From the NCBI RefSeq assembly GCF_009914755.1, contig NC_060926.1: a stretch of DNA of 64,000 bases; one strand, written 5' to 3'. Within the stretch, counting starts at the first letter, position 1. Each line of letters begins with the position of its first letter. Below are positions 50,761 through 64,000 of this stretch, in pieces. The stretch comes from the human T2T-CHM13v2.0 reference genome, Homo sapiens. A program made the translations under genes and the position numbers. The notes under the pieces were generated by a model, which made no database searches, had not been told where the DNA came from, and saw only the letters and a program-made list of their open reading frames with translations.

Positions 50761-51759
50761 GTTCACACTAGTTTTCAAAAGTTTTTCTCCCTACTTTGGA
50801 CTCTTAGTCTTTTGATTACCCATTCCATTGCCCTAAACAATTGTCAGGTAGGCAACCCTGAGTTTGCATTGGCAAAGACACAACTCGGCTGAAACGAGGT
50901 AGAAAATTTATATCTCAAAGGCACAAAATTTAGATATAAACACCATTATTTGCTGAGACAAGAGAATAGATAGAGGCTCAGTTAAGATTGCTAGGAAAAG
51001 TATCTTAAATAGGTAAGGTATGTTACATAAACTTTAAGCTAATGTATTCCCTGTGATAAAAGTGTCTAATGGTTTAGGTGCAAAGAGAGAGATACCCTTA
51101 CAAATGGAGATTTCCTTAATAGATATAAATTTCTTTTACAAAGAGTTTCAAAATAGCTAAATATCCGAAAGGTATATTTTGGAGACTGATTTAGTTAGAA
51201 TGGTGGCCTTATTCATTTAGCATCTTTCTTCATTCGATTACTGACTTCAGGGTGGAGGCCATTAGTGTAAAGGGTAAAGAAAGTATTTGCGGTTTTCAGG
51301 GCCTAATATGTAAGTATGTGAAAAGCAGGCACAACCAGAAGGAAGAGCATCTAGATCTTTCAGAATCAAGGATCCTATTTTTATACCAAATTCTGGGTCG
51401 CCCAATAGAGGGAAACACCCTGCAACAGGGCTGCACAACATTCCGCAGTGCTTCTCACTACAAAGACATTCCCCCAAGGCCAGTGGTCACCCAACCCCAG
51501 TCAGCCCACTCTGTGATCACCCATTCTCCATGGGATTCTCATCCCTTGGTGGCAAGTGTTTCCACAGCCTCCACATATTCAAACTACACCTTTGTTATCT
51601 GATCGTGCAAAGAAACAAGGAGTTCCCTACCAGTGACTTGCCAGCGATCACACCCATCAAAGTTAAGTTCTCTCTTACAGTACAAAGTAATCCCTCATAC
51701 CCCAAAAGCCAAAGAGATTAGGAAACTCAATACAAACAACAGCAGAGCTTTACATCTGA

Positions 51760-52167
<408 letters not shown>

Positions 52168-53199
52168 TAGAAGAGCAAGCCTAGAGTAGCCAATTTGGGA
52201 GGTTTTAAGCTTTCTAAAAGGCCAGTGAAGTTTTACATTTTTCTCAGTGGAATTGTGTCAACAGGAAAGCAAGCAAACAGAGGGACCGAACATATTTTAC
52301 GAAGGGTTTCAGTTGACTGAAAAAAATTCTCAGAAACAGGATCCAAAATAGAAAAAGCAGAGACCTTTTTTCCAAAAAAAATTATAGCCTAAATATCAGC
52401 TTTTAATTAAGTTGACTTCTGACCATAGAACTGAAAAAAAAAAAAAAATTCAAACCTCTTATCAGATTTCAGCCAGCACAAACAGAGAATAGTTCTCCTT
52501 CAATGTGTCTGATTCTAAAACCAGCTTTTTCCAATTGTACACACATGAGTTATCTTAGGCATTTCAAAGGACCCTCATTTCAGCCATTGCTGCTTATGAC
52601 CATCCTGGGTCATGTGGGTTCATTTTCCTAGATATTATAAGAGGACGCCTTGTAAGTGTTGTACATAAAAACCAGCTGGTGTTTCTAAAGGAGGCTGTCC
52701 CTTAAAAGAGCACTCCGATTTTGAAGCTTGAATTCCCATAATTTAGGAACTTTTCAAAAGTGACCAAGGCCAGAAATGCGTTTTGCTTTGAGAAGTGTGC
52801 TTCTTCTGAGTGTCACTCCTCAGGGTGTCATCCAAAAGTCGAGACTCTCTCTGTTATGTGTCCCAGACTGCCTCTAACTGCCAGGTGGCAGTAGGGTGCT
52901 CAAGGTATTGGGGTAACCAATTCCTTAATTTTTACCTTTCCTGATGAGTTAGATTCCCTAAAATGTTCTTCTGGTGAAAAATGCCCTATGAGGCTGCTTC
53001 CCATCCCAGACAATATTCCTGACACCTCTATAAAGTCTCTAGTCACATAGAACACCTGAATGGGTCAGAGGGAGCAGTTGCCTCTTCTCTTGGAGGCGAG
53101 AAAACTCACACTATGCACCTTTCAGTTTGAAACTAACAGGAATTGGTCACAAGTGAAAATGCAAGTCTAAATTACAAGGAGTAGATAGCAGCTGCAATT

Positions 53200-53413
53200 T
53201 TATTTTATTTTACTTTATTTATTAATTGAGATGGACTTCCACTCTGGACCCTAGGCTGGAGTGTAGTAGTACCATCATAGCTCACCGTAGCCTCGAACTC
53301 CTGGGCTTAGGCAGTCCTCTTGCCTCAGCATCCCAAGTAGCTGGGACTGCAGGTACATGCCACTGCATCTGGCTAATTTTTAAATTTTTTGTAGAGATGC
53401 CACTGCACCCAGC
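53200..53413 (-). mobile_element. AluJ-like with internal deletion
   Basis: Right arm joined to the 5' tip; both flanks share AGCTGCAATTTT. Confidence 0.8.
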
Positions 53414-53619
53414 CAATAGCTGCAATTTTTAAAGCATGCTATGTAATTTTAGGCCAAAACAAGTGTAACTACTGGTACCAGACTGCCCATACCATAACCT
53501 GAACTTCTTGCCCTGAGGTAGAGGCAGAAAAAGCAGTTCTCTGCAGACCTGTTTATCCAAATCTCCCATCCAGACACTGAGACCAAAGCCCTCACTCTTA
53601 GAGGAAAGAGAGGGTTTGA

Positions 53620-55449
53620 CTTTTTTCTTATTTTTTAGATACAGTGATGGCAGTGGCAGCCTGTCTGGAGCAGCTGCTGTGAAGATGCGGGCTGCAGTAG
53701 GGGAAGTACTGCCAGGGCTGCATGCTCCATGGAGCCAGCAGGAGCTGGAAACAGGCAGGAGCCCTGCCCGCTTCCAAGTTGGCAGGGCAGGAAACCTGTG
53801 CTCCCTGAGTGTAGCTGCAGCTGCCCAGCTACAGCTCCAGACCCAGGCATCCCTGTGCTCTTGGGGGCCCAGGAAGTGCCCCCTGACCCCACAGGCTCAG
53901 AAGTGCCTGCTCTCACTCCCTGGCCTCTCCCTGCACTCAGTGCCCACTCTGTTGCAGAAGCAAAGTTGTGGCCAAAGCCAGATGCTGTCGTGACCCAGCC
54001 AGGTGTGTGTGCACTTGGGGCAGTGCTGACATGCCGCCCTGGCCCCCTTTGGACTTTGGTCACTGATGAGTGCAGGAGGGAGGTGGCGGGGGGTGCTGAG
54101 GGCAGCTCGGTGTGGGCCTGCAGGTACCCCTTATCATGAAAAGCCTGGGTGCCATGGATGGAATGTTGTTAGCAGGAGGTAGACAGGTTCCTGGGCAGAA
54201 AAGAGCAGGTCCCTATCCACCTTCAAGCCAGGGATGGCCTGAAGCCTGGGGGCCAGTCTGCCACTTCCAGGTGGAGTCCACACCTGGAATGAGAACTTAT
54301 GGTGCTTTTTCCGAGCCCATCCATGACCACCCATGGGCCAATTAGCATGCATTTCCTCCCTTCTGAGCTCATAAAAACCCTGGACTCAGACAGATGTAAG
54401 GACGACCTGCCTGTGAATAGGAGCTACCCACTCTGGGTCTCCTGTCTCCTGACAGCTGGACACTCAATGGGACAACCTGCCTGCAGAAAGAAGCTACCCA
54501 TTTTGGGTCTCCTGAGAGCTGTTCTGTCGCTCAATGAAACTCCTCTCTACTTTGCTCACCCTGCAGTGGTCTGTGTAGCTCATTCTTCTTGTACGTGGGA
54601 CAAGAACTCAGGAACCGCCGAATGGCAGGACTGAAAGAGCTGTAACACCAACAGGGCTGAAACATGTGCCCCACCTCCCTGTTTGCCACACCGTGGGCAA
54701 TGAGAAGGGGAAAAAAGCTGTGGCCCTTCAGGGATCCCAGACCTAGGGGATCCCCAAGCCAGAGCTGTGACACCCTCTTTGGGGCTGTGTGGTTCCTGGC
54801 ATCTCCAAGCTTCTGGGTACCACCACATTCCCCTCATCCAGACGTGGATGCCTGCAGCAGAAGCTGTGTGTGGTGCATCTGTTCCAGCCACAGCTTCACA
54901 TGGAGCTGGCACCTGTGCCAGAGCCTGGAGCTGCCTGCCCTGCCACAGCAGCCAGCATCCCTGGCTGTGCACAGTGACCTCACCTCGCACTCGCTCACCC
55001 ACACACCCCTCGCCACTCCCTGCCTGGCTTGCCTTTGGCAGGTGTCAGATCCAGGCCGGTAGTGCAAGCCAAGCACAGCCTGCCAGGCAGAGTGGGCAGA
55101 ATGAGCCCAGCAGGTGCAAGCAACACTCAGGCAGAATGTACTGCTAGCCACAGAGGTTTCTGGCTGGTGAAGCAACACCCCAAGGATTCCATGACAACAG
55201 GAATCTCACTCACTTGCCCAGGTTAGAGTGTAATGATGTGATCATAGCTCACCGTAACCTCAAATTCCTGGGCTCAAGCAATCCTCTGGCCTCAGCCTCC
55301 TGAGTAGTGAGGCTAATTTTTAATTTTTTTGCAGGAACGGGGTCTTACTCTGTTGCCCAGGCTGGCCTTGAACTCCTGGCCTCAAGCCCTCCTCCTGCCT
55401 CAGCCTCCCAAAGTGTTGGGATTACAGAAGTGAGGCACCATGCCCAACC
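53620..55449 (-). mobile_element. AluJ split by MER52
   Basis: T-tail at 53620-53640, body resumes at 55201; TSD GAAAGAGAGGGTTTGA on both sides. Confidence 0.85.
53645..55196 (+). mobile_element. MER52-type long GC-rich ERV1 solo LTR
   Basis: TGATGGCAGTGGCAGCCTGTCTGGAGCAGC...GAGCTACCCACTCTGGGTCTCCT...GATTCCATGACA with a perfect 4-bp TSD ACAG. Confidence 0.85.
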
Positions 55450-55834
55450 ATGAAAGAGAGGGTTTGAAAAACACAGCCCAAATAAAATCTAGACCTCAGC
55501 TGAAAAGGAAATGGAGATCCAGATTCAGGACTGAAACTTTTGTGGCCACTGAAACCTCTGGAGTTGGAAGAACACAGTGGGTTTGTGCTGGTACCAAGCA
55601 TTGAATCAGAGAAGGAATGCCAGATAGTCGGCAGTCTGTCATTTTAAATCCTGCTGGTGACATTTTAAATCTGGTGACATACACCACATATGTCAACCTG
55701 AAGGAAAAAACTGATACAAAATTAATGGAAGTAGGAAGTGTATTTGGGCCAAGTTTAAGGAGTATAGCCCAGAAGCATTGATTCAAGTTGCCCTGAATAT
55801 ATTCTCTGATTAGCAGCAGTTACAAGTTATATCT

Positions 55835-56457
<623 letters not shown>

Positions 56458-56882
56458 TAAAGGAAAAAAAGAAGAGGCAGTTTCTAAGATGTTTACCAAG
56501 AATTTACATTAAGATAACAAAAGCTGTTGATTGGTCTGTTCCTTGCATTACATTGTTCCTTGTATCCCAAATTCTAGAAACATAAAGATAATGAGTGAGG
56601 CAGCTAGTGAGGAAACTACAGAGAGGAAAAGAAAGAATAAAATTCAAAGAATTGCCCCTGGGCATGTTGGGCAGCAGGATTATTACTGAAGTTCTATCCT
56701 CATGTCTCTCCGGTCCTGTTAAATGTTGCATACCACAGATAGCTCAAAGTGTTCTGACCTATTTTTCTTTTCTCAGTTTAAACATAGAAGTAGCCAAATT
56801 GAATAATGCTATACTTCCAGACTACATCCATTCTTCTTCTCCTCCATTTAGTCTCAGTCTGTCAGAATAAGAAATGAAGAAT

Positions 56883-57150
56883 GACTGGTGTGGTGGCTCA
56901 TGCCTATAATCCCAGCACTTTGGGGGACCAAGGCAGGAGGATCACTTGAGGCCATGAGTTCAAGGGCAGTCCGGGCAACACAGTGAGACCCCATCTCTAC
57001 AGAAAAATTTAAAAATTAGCTGGTTGTGGTGGCGCATGAGGCTGAAGTGGGAGAATGGCTTCAGCCCAGGAGTTCCAGGCTGCAGTGAGCTATGATTGCA
57101 TCACTGCACGGCAGCCTTGGTGACAGAGCAAGACCATGTCTTTAAAAAAA
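56883..57150 (+). mobile_element. AluJ-like
   Basis: Diverged dimer with a small internal deletion. Confidence 0.85.
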
Positions 57151-57568
57151 GAAAGGCGGTTGTGGGGGGAATACAGGGATGTAGACATCCATAGTAACTT
57201 TAGAAATTAAAAAGGTATTTTAAAATGAATATATTTCTAAATAATATATTTCTAAAACTAAAATCCCCTTTTTTATAATTTATTGTTTCATTCTCGGGAC
57301 AAAACTCTCAACTTTACAGATGTGTTATTTTAGCATATTTACTTATTTACACCCAGATGTGAGAATTTAGCCCCTATACATCAAAAGCCATTTGAATAGC
57401 TGGATTGGTGTTTTCCTCTTTCTCTTTCTCTTAATTCTCCAAGACAGTCACATTTCTGAATGCAGATTCTGCAGGCCTCATTCTGGTAGCAGCCCTTCTG
57501 GAGCTGAGCTTCTTGGACATTTGAAAGTCAATCTCCAAGACAGTTTATATTCAGTTTCATATGAATAT

Positions 57569-58073
57569 TGAGGAGTATCAGAATATGCCAACCTAAAATA
57601 TGCCTATTTGGCATTTGGCTTATTTTGCGCTAAAGCCCGCTGAGAACCAGAAGACCAGGAAATTACATTTAGAAAGTCAATTTACATATAGAAATGGTGC
57701 TTCCCTCTGTACCAGGAGGAAGAGGATCCTTAACAACTCCTATCAATGGAGAAGGTACTTCCATCTGCATAACAAACCAATGACCCTTGTTTACCATACT
57801 TTTCCTGGTCACCTACCCCTAACTTTCCTCCCCCATGCAGAAGCCTAAAACTCTTCTTTCCTTGTTTAAGCCTAAGATGATAGAAAGCCAACTTCTAACC
57901 ACCTAATGGAGTCAATCAATTCTGAATATGCCCATATGTAAGCACCAGGCATATGCTAATAAACATCTGTTTATTTTTTTTTCTTGTTAATCTGTCTTTA
58001 GCCAGCCTAATTTATATGGCACCAGCTGGAGAACTTAAGATGAGTGAAAGAGGAGTTTTTTTCCTCCTCTACA
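57569..58073 (+). mobile_element. MER34-like ERV1 solo LTR
   Basis: TGAGGAGTATCAGAATATGCCAACCTAAAATATGCC..TTTGGCAT...AATAAAC...TTCCTCCTCTACA. Confidence 0.75.
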
Positions 58074-58431
58074 GTATCTATTTCTGCATTGGAAATGGAC
58101 CCACATATACACTTAAACACAGTCTTCTAAACCACCCGGCATTCAAAGGTGACATTGTCACCTACCAACCCCCACATCCAGTAAACTCATTGCTTTAGAT
58201 TGAATTTCAGATCATTTCATTGTGAAAGAAAAATAAAAAGTAGGAACTCCCAATTCATTATGCCAAAAGAGAAAAGTTAAGCTTGAAAACTGAGTCACAA
58301 AAAAACTGCCTTGCCTTTTGCTCCTAAACTGAAAGGTACAGATAAAAGACCACATGCCTCCACAGGGGACCTCCCACCCTGACCCTGAAAATGAAAATTA
58401 ACAGCTTATCTCTATAGGTGCAGGACAAGAG

Positions 58432-58981
58432 TGAAGCAGGTGATACAGAAGAAAAAACAAATTTTCTTCCTTTCCTTTGGTATGAGCAGCTTCTCCCTTG
58501 AATCCCTCCCGCCTCGTGTGATTGTACCCTGCTCTGCAAGTTTTTATGAGTTTATAGGTTCCTGTTTTCTGTAACTAGTGTCTGTAAGTCTGTTTTTCAT
58601 CTGAGTAGCACCATGGAGGTCATGAGACATGCTTGAGCAATCTTAGATTGCAGCCATCTGGGCGCCATAGTGGAGGACATGAGATAAGATTGTGCAGGCA
58701 TCTTGAGCAAGCCTAGATAACAGCCACCTGGCCCACATAGCAAGAGTCACATGAAAGCCTGAGTTATGAGCCTGTCTCTGTTTGATAAACTGCCTTTGTT
58801 CTGCTTCCGTAAACCCACTTTTGCGCCACTGCATTTCGAGCCACAGATGCATGTATAAAAGTCAAGCCCTGTCTTTGTTTGGGTCTCAGCCTTCTGGATG
58901 CAAATCCGCTGAGCTGGTGCACCTAAATAAAATCCTCCTGTCCCACCTATTGGTCTCTCCAGTTCCTTCATTCCCGCAACA
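58432..58981 (+). mobile_element. Nested ERV1-class solo LTR (family unassigned)
   Basis: TG...CA termini, 4-bp TSD AGAG, TATA box (TGTATAAAA near 58852) and AATAAA (near 58927). Confidence 0.7.
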
Positions 58982-59852
58982 AGAGGAGATTAGAAATCAT
59001 CTCCCCTACTTTAGACAAAGGCATATTTGACTGCTTCATCTACTCTGTTTACTTTTTTTTTTGAGACAAAGTGTCGCTCTGTTGCCAAAGCCAGAGTGCA
59101 GTGGCACAATCTCAGCTCAATCTCAGCTCACTGCAACCTCCACCTCCCGGGTTCAAGTGATGCTCCTGCCTCAGTCTCCTGAGTAGCTGGAATTACAGGT
59201 ACATGCCACCACACCTGGCTATTTTTTGTATTTTTAGTAGAAACAAGGTTTTGCCATGTTGGCCAGGCCGGTCTCAAACTCATGACCTCAGGTGATCCAC
59301 CTGCCTCGGCCTCCCAAAGTGCTGGGATTACAGGCGTGAGCCACCATGCCCAGCCTATTTTTTCTTATGTAAAGTACAGATTTACTGATTGTGAAATGAA
59401 TACATAATTGACTGATTCCTCTACCCTCTCCTTTTCATGTGCAATATGTGGATTCACAAGAATGTCACCATACCCTCCCTCTTTTTTTCTTTCCCCTTTC
59501 CCTTCATGTCCAGTTTTCCCCTTTAAATGTTGAAGCCTTCAAAATCCTCTTTGGGGCCGGCCGCAGTGCCTCACATCTGTAATCCCAGCATTTTGGGAGG
59601 CCGAGGCAGGCAGCTCACCTGATGTCAGAAGTTGGAGACCACTCTGGCCAACATGGCAAAATACCGTCTCCACTAAAAAATACAAAAATTAGCTGGACAT
59701 GGTGGTGCACACCTGTAATCCCAGCTACTTGGGAGGCTGAGGCAGGAGAATTGCTTGAACTGGCGAGGCAGATGTTGAACCCAAGAGGCGGAGGTTGAAG
59801 TGAGCTGAGGTTGCGCCATTAAACTCCAGCCTGGATGACAGAATGAGAATCA

Positions 59853-59893
59853 GAAGGAAGGAAGGAAGGAAGAAAGGAAGGAAGGAAGGAAGG
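59853..59893 (+). repeat. (GGAA)n microsatellite replacing an Alu tail
   Basis: About 10 interrupted GAAG/GGAA units. Confidence 0.9.
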
Positions 59894-60135
59894 TTGGTCT
59901 TCAGAAAAAGTATGGGCTGCAGATCCTACCGTGGCTTGTGTCTCTTTTTCCTGGGTGTGTCCTCAACTTCAGCAAAATAAACCTCTAAGCTGATTGAGAC
60001 CTGTCTCAGATACTTTTTGGTTTATACCATCAATAAATAGTTATAAATATTTTCCCCATTAACATCTAGTTTTGGGTGTTGAGGCAAGTTTTCCAGTAAA
60101 ATTAACACTGGAAGAAGTGTTAGAGTAAAATGTTA

Positions 60136-60500
<365 letters not shown>

Positions 60501-61106
60501 AGTGAATTTTCTTAATATCATGATAACAAAATAACAAATATGCTTTTCACTCCAGCAAACACCCAACACCCTGACCAATTTAATATAATTGGTAACCATA
60601 ATGTCTGAAGAACTTCAGTGACTTTCCCTCTTCCTTACATCTCATTGTACATTTACCAAGCTCTCTTTGGGCCCTCAAAAATAAAATTCTTGAGATTCAT
60701 TTCATCTGTGAGATCCTGTCACAGTTACATTAAATGACAAGAGATTCATTTGTTTGTTTTTGGAATCTGAATGGTCTCCAAATTTCTTTAGGGCTCATTC
60801 AAACTTGAAAAGTAGTCCTAGGCCACAAACATAGAACCCAGAAGAAATCTGGGACTGAAAAGGGCAAATTGCATCATGACCTCAGATTTTTCCAAATTGA
60901 AATTATTTGCATGAATATTATCTGATACACAAACTTCACATCCATTCAATTCTTATTCCCTGACTACCCAGCCTCACCCCAGCTGTTCACCATAGTCTGC
61001 ACCTGCAGGCCCAACACCCTTTAAGGACCCCTCAGATTTCAGAATAAGGAATTGCATATGGTGTGACTCAAGGAAATCTCCACTAGCAAGTAAAGTTTAT
61101 AAGTGA

Positions 61107-61257
61107 TTCCTTCCTTCCTTCCTTCCTTTTCTTTGCCTTTTCCTCTCTTCCACCCTTCTCCCTCCTCTTCCTTCCTCTCTCTCTTTCTCTTTCTTTCCCC
61201 CTTCCTCCTTCCCTCTCCCTCTCTGTCCCCTTTGTCCTTTCCCTCCTGTCTCCTTTT
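61107..61257 (+). repeat. TC-rich low-complexity tract starting with (TTCC)n
   Basis: About 150 bp of almost pure pyrimidine. Confidence 0.9.
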
Positions 61258-61629
61258 GGAATGATTTTAGCATTCTAGGTCTCCATGAGAACTTCAGGCA
61301 TTGGCTTCCTTAATCTGAAATCTTGCCAACATGTACTAATTTCTGGATTTCCAATAACCTAGTCTCCCCAAATTAGGAAACTGACTCCAGTCAAAATCAA
61401 TAAATACCATTGACTTGATCTGGTTTTGATTTGGTTCTTGTCACTTATAATCCTGCATTTCTTAACTAATACAGGAACACTCTCTCATGTTTCTTGCTAA
61501 TCACCATTTTTCCAAGGCTTGGTTCAGTTTGTAATATCCCTCAAATCATTTTAGCACCTCCTGATTTACAACCTGGGTTCCTAAATACTTTTGAATTTTT
61601 TAAGTCACCCATAAAAGAAGCCACCACTC

Positions 61630-61812
61630 AGCTGAGTACAGTGGTGTGCACCTGTAGTCCCTCCCAGCTACTTGGAAGGCTAAGGCAGGAGGACCCCTTG
61701 AGGCCAAAAGTTTGAGGCTACAGTTCTTATGATCATATCTTTGAATAGCCATTGCATTTCTGTATTCCAGCCTAGGCAAGATAGCAAAATCTTCTCTAAA
61801 ATAAAAAAAAAG
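61630..61812 (+). mobile_element. Old Alu monomer (FAM/FRAM-like)
   Basis: CCTGTAGTCCC..CAGCTAC and CCAGCCTAGGCAAGATAGC, with an A tail. Confidence 0.7.
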
Positions 61813-62301
61813 AATCCCCTCACTTCTAATGAATGGGCAGTGAGTAGGTCATGCATAGGATTGTGCTCTTCTTTCTTACCACTGCTTATTGGGCCAGAAA
61901 CCTGATCTGACAGAGGCCAGTCAACTAGTCAATCCACAGATATTAATTAGGATATTGCACTGAGACCATGGTGCAGTTGGAACCAAGAGCAAGATGAAAA
62001 AGCAGAGGATAAGTAGTTAGCAGAAAAAGAATGCAGCAGAGGTGGAGAAAAAAATAGTTTGTTCCAAGAACTTTATACTTATTATTTCTCTCTTGGAGAT
62101 GTCAATGCTATGGATATACCTCAACAGAAACAACAAACTTTCAAAGGCACTGTAGATTTCCATAAACAGTGTATAGCAATTTATCCTATGATTTACATAA
62201 GAAAATGTTCAAAGGTTTAGCTACAAGTTTTTTTTTGCCATGTGTTATCTATAATAGAAAAATATTAAATATGTTAAATCTAAGAAAAATTCCCTAAGTA
62301 A

Positions 62302-62630
<329 letters not shown>

Positions 62631-62676
62631 CCATCTAATGGAATATTAAACTCGCATTTTAAAAATATTCTATATA

Positions 62677-62965
<289 letters not shown>

Positions 62966-63279
62966 ATATTCCATATATATATAATTGTTATCATGGAGTG
63001 ATCTCTAAGCTACACTATTAACTAAAAAGAGCTTGCTATAAGCAATATGCATATAAAATACCATTTAAATAAAAAAAGTGTTTGTGTTTGTAGAGAAAGA
63101 CTTCAAAGCATTGTTACTAAAACACACTTATTGCTTCTGGGCCAAAAGAAATGTGAATAAATAACTTTTACTTTTTTATTCACGTTTTTCTTAGTTGCTT
63201 GAATTATCTACATGATTATGTGTGAACTTTATAAGGATTTTAAAAACCACAATAATATGTTCTGTTATTTAGTTTTTAA

Positions 63280-63577
<298 letters not shown>

Positions 63578-63759
63578 TGTTGTTTGTTTTTTATTATATA
63601 AATTTAAGTGTATAATATGATATTTTGATATACACATACATAGTAAAATAATTACTACAAGTAAGCAATTTAACATATCCATCATCTCATTTAGTTACTT
63701 TTGTGGTTGGGGGAGGATCACCTAAATCTACTGTCTTCGAAAAATGTTAGTATACTATA

Positions 63760-64000
63760 TCAATATGGTTTGGCTCTGTATTCCCACCAAAATCTCATCT
63801 CCAATTGTAATTGCCATAATCCCTACATGTCAAGGGAGGGACCTCGTGGGAGGTGATTGGGTCATGGGGGCGGTTTCCCCCATGCTGTTCTTGTGATAAT
63901 GAGTTCTCACGTGATCTGATGGTTTTATAAGGGGCTCTTCCCCCTTCGCTCTCTTCCTCCATCGCCAAGTAAGACATGCCTGCTTCCCCTTCTGCCATGA
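63760..64000 (+). mobile_element. THE1D/MSTA-like LTR (runs off the window)
   Basis: ATATGGTTTGGCTCTGTATTCCCACCAAAATCTCATC...GGGGCGGTTTCCCCCATGCTG. Confidence 0.88.

Larger units (their letters stand above)
58221..60027 (+). mobile_element. MER4-group (MER4B/D-like) solo LTR with a nested LTR and two Alus (about 59055-59355 minus, 59555-59850 plus)
   Basis: TGTGAAAGAAAAATAAAA...TATGCCAAAAG..AAAAGTTAAGC; end AAATAAACCTCTAA..TGATTGAGACCTGTCTCAGATACTTTTTGGTTTA. Confidence 0.8.

Noticed and set aside
53616-55226. Dense cluster of overlapping 100-140 aa ORFs
   Set aside because: All lie within the GC-rich MER52 LTR, where stop codons are scarce in every frame.

Overview
Primate (human-like) non-coding genomic DNA, dominated by transposable elements: about 50 Alu/FLAM copies, several L1 fragments, many MaLR and ERV1 LTRs, MIRs and MER DNA transposons. 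I find no intact protein-coding gene, and nearly all ORFs in the track are repeat-derived. The recognisable gene remnants are a frameshifted RPL21 processed pseudogene (14437-15583) and a decayed MER65-type ERV1 provirus on the minus strand (47449-56775) with integrase motifs. The most unusual structures are: (1) a ~145-bp cloverleaf palindrome split by a young L1PA insertion (44534-45238); (2) an old local inverted duplication (27884-28635 / 30226-30696) whose arms serve as empty-site controls for each other's insertions, including a 24-bp 'minimal' Alu insertion; (3) an L1PB-like element with a large internal deletion and a possible 3' transduction; (4) deeply nested LTR/Alu insertions. Candidate regulatory sites are a CTCF site with the upstream motif and a MER41 GAS (STAT1) site. 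I see no convincing novel multi-gene system. Subfamily names come from recalled consensus sequences, and many repeat boundaries are approximate (typically +/-10-30 bp unless a TSD is quoted).
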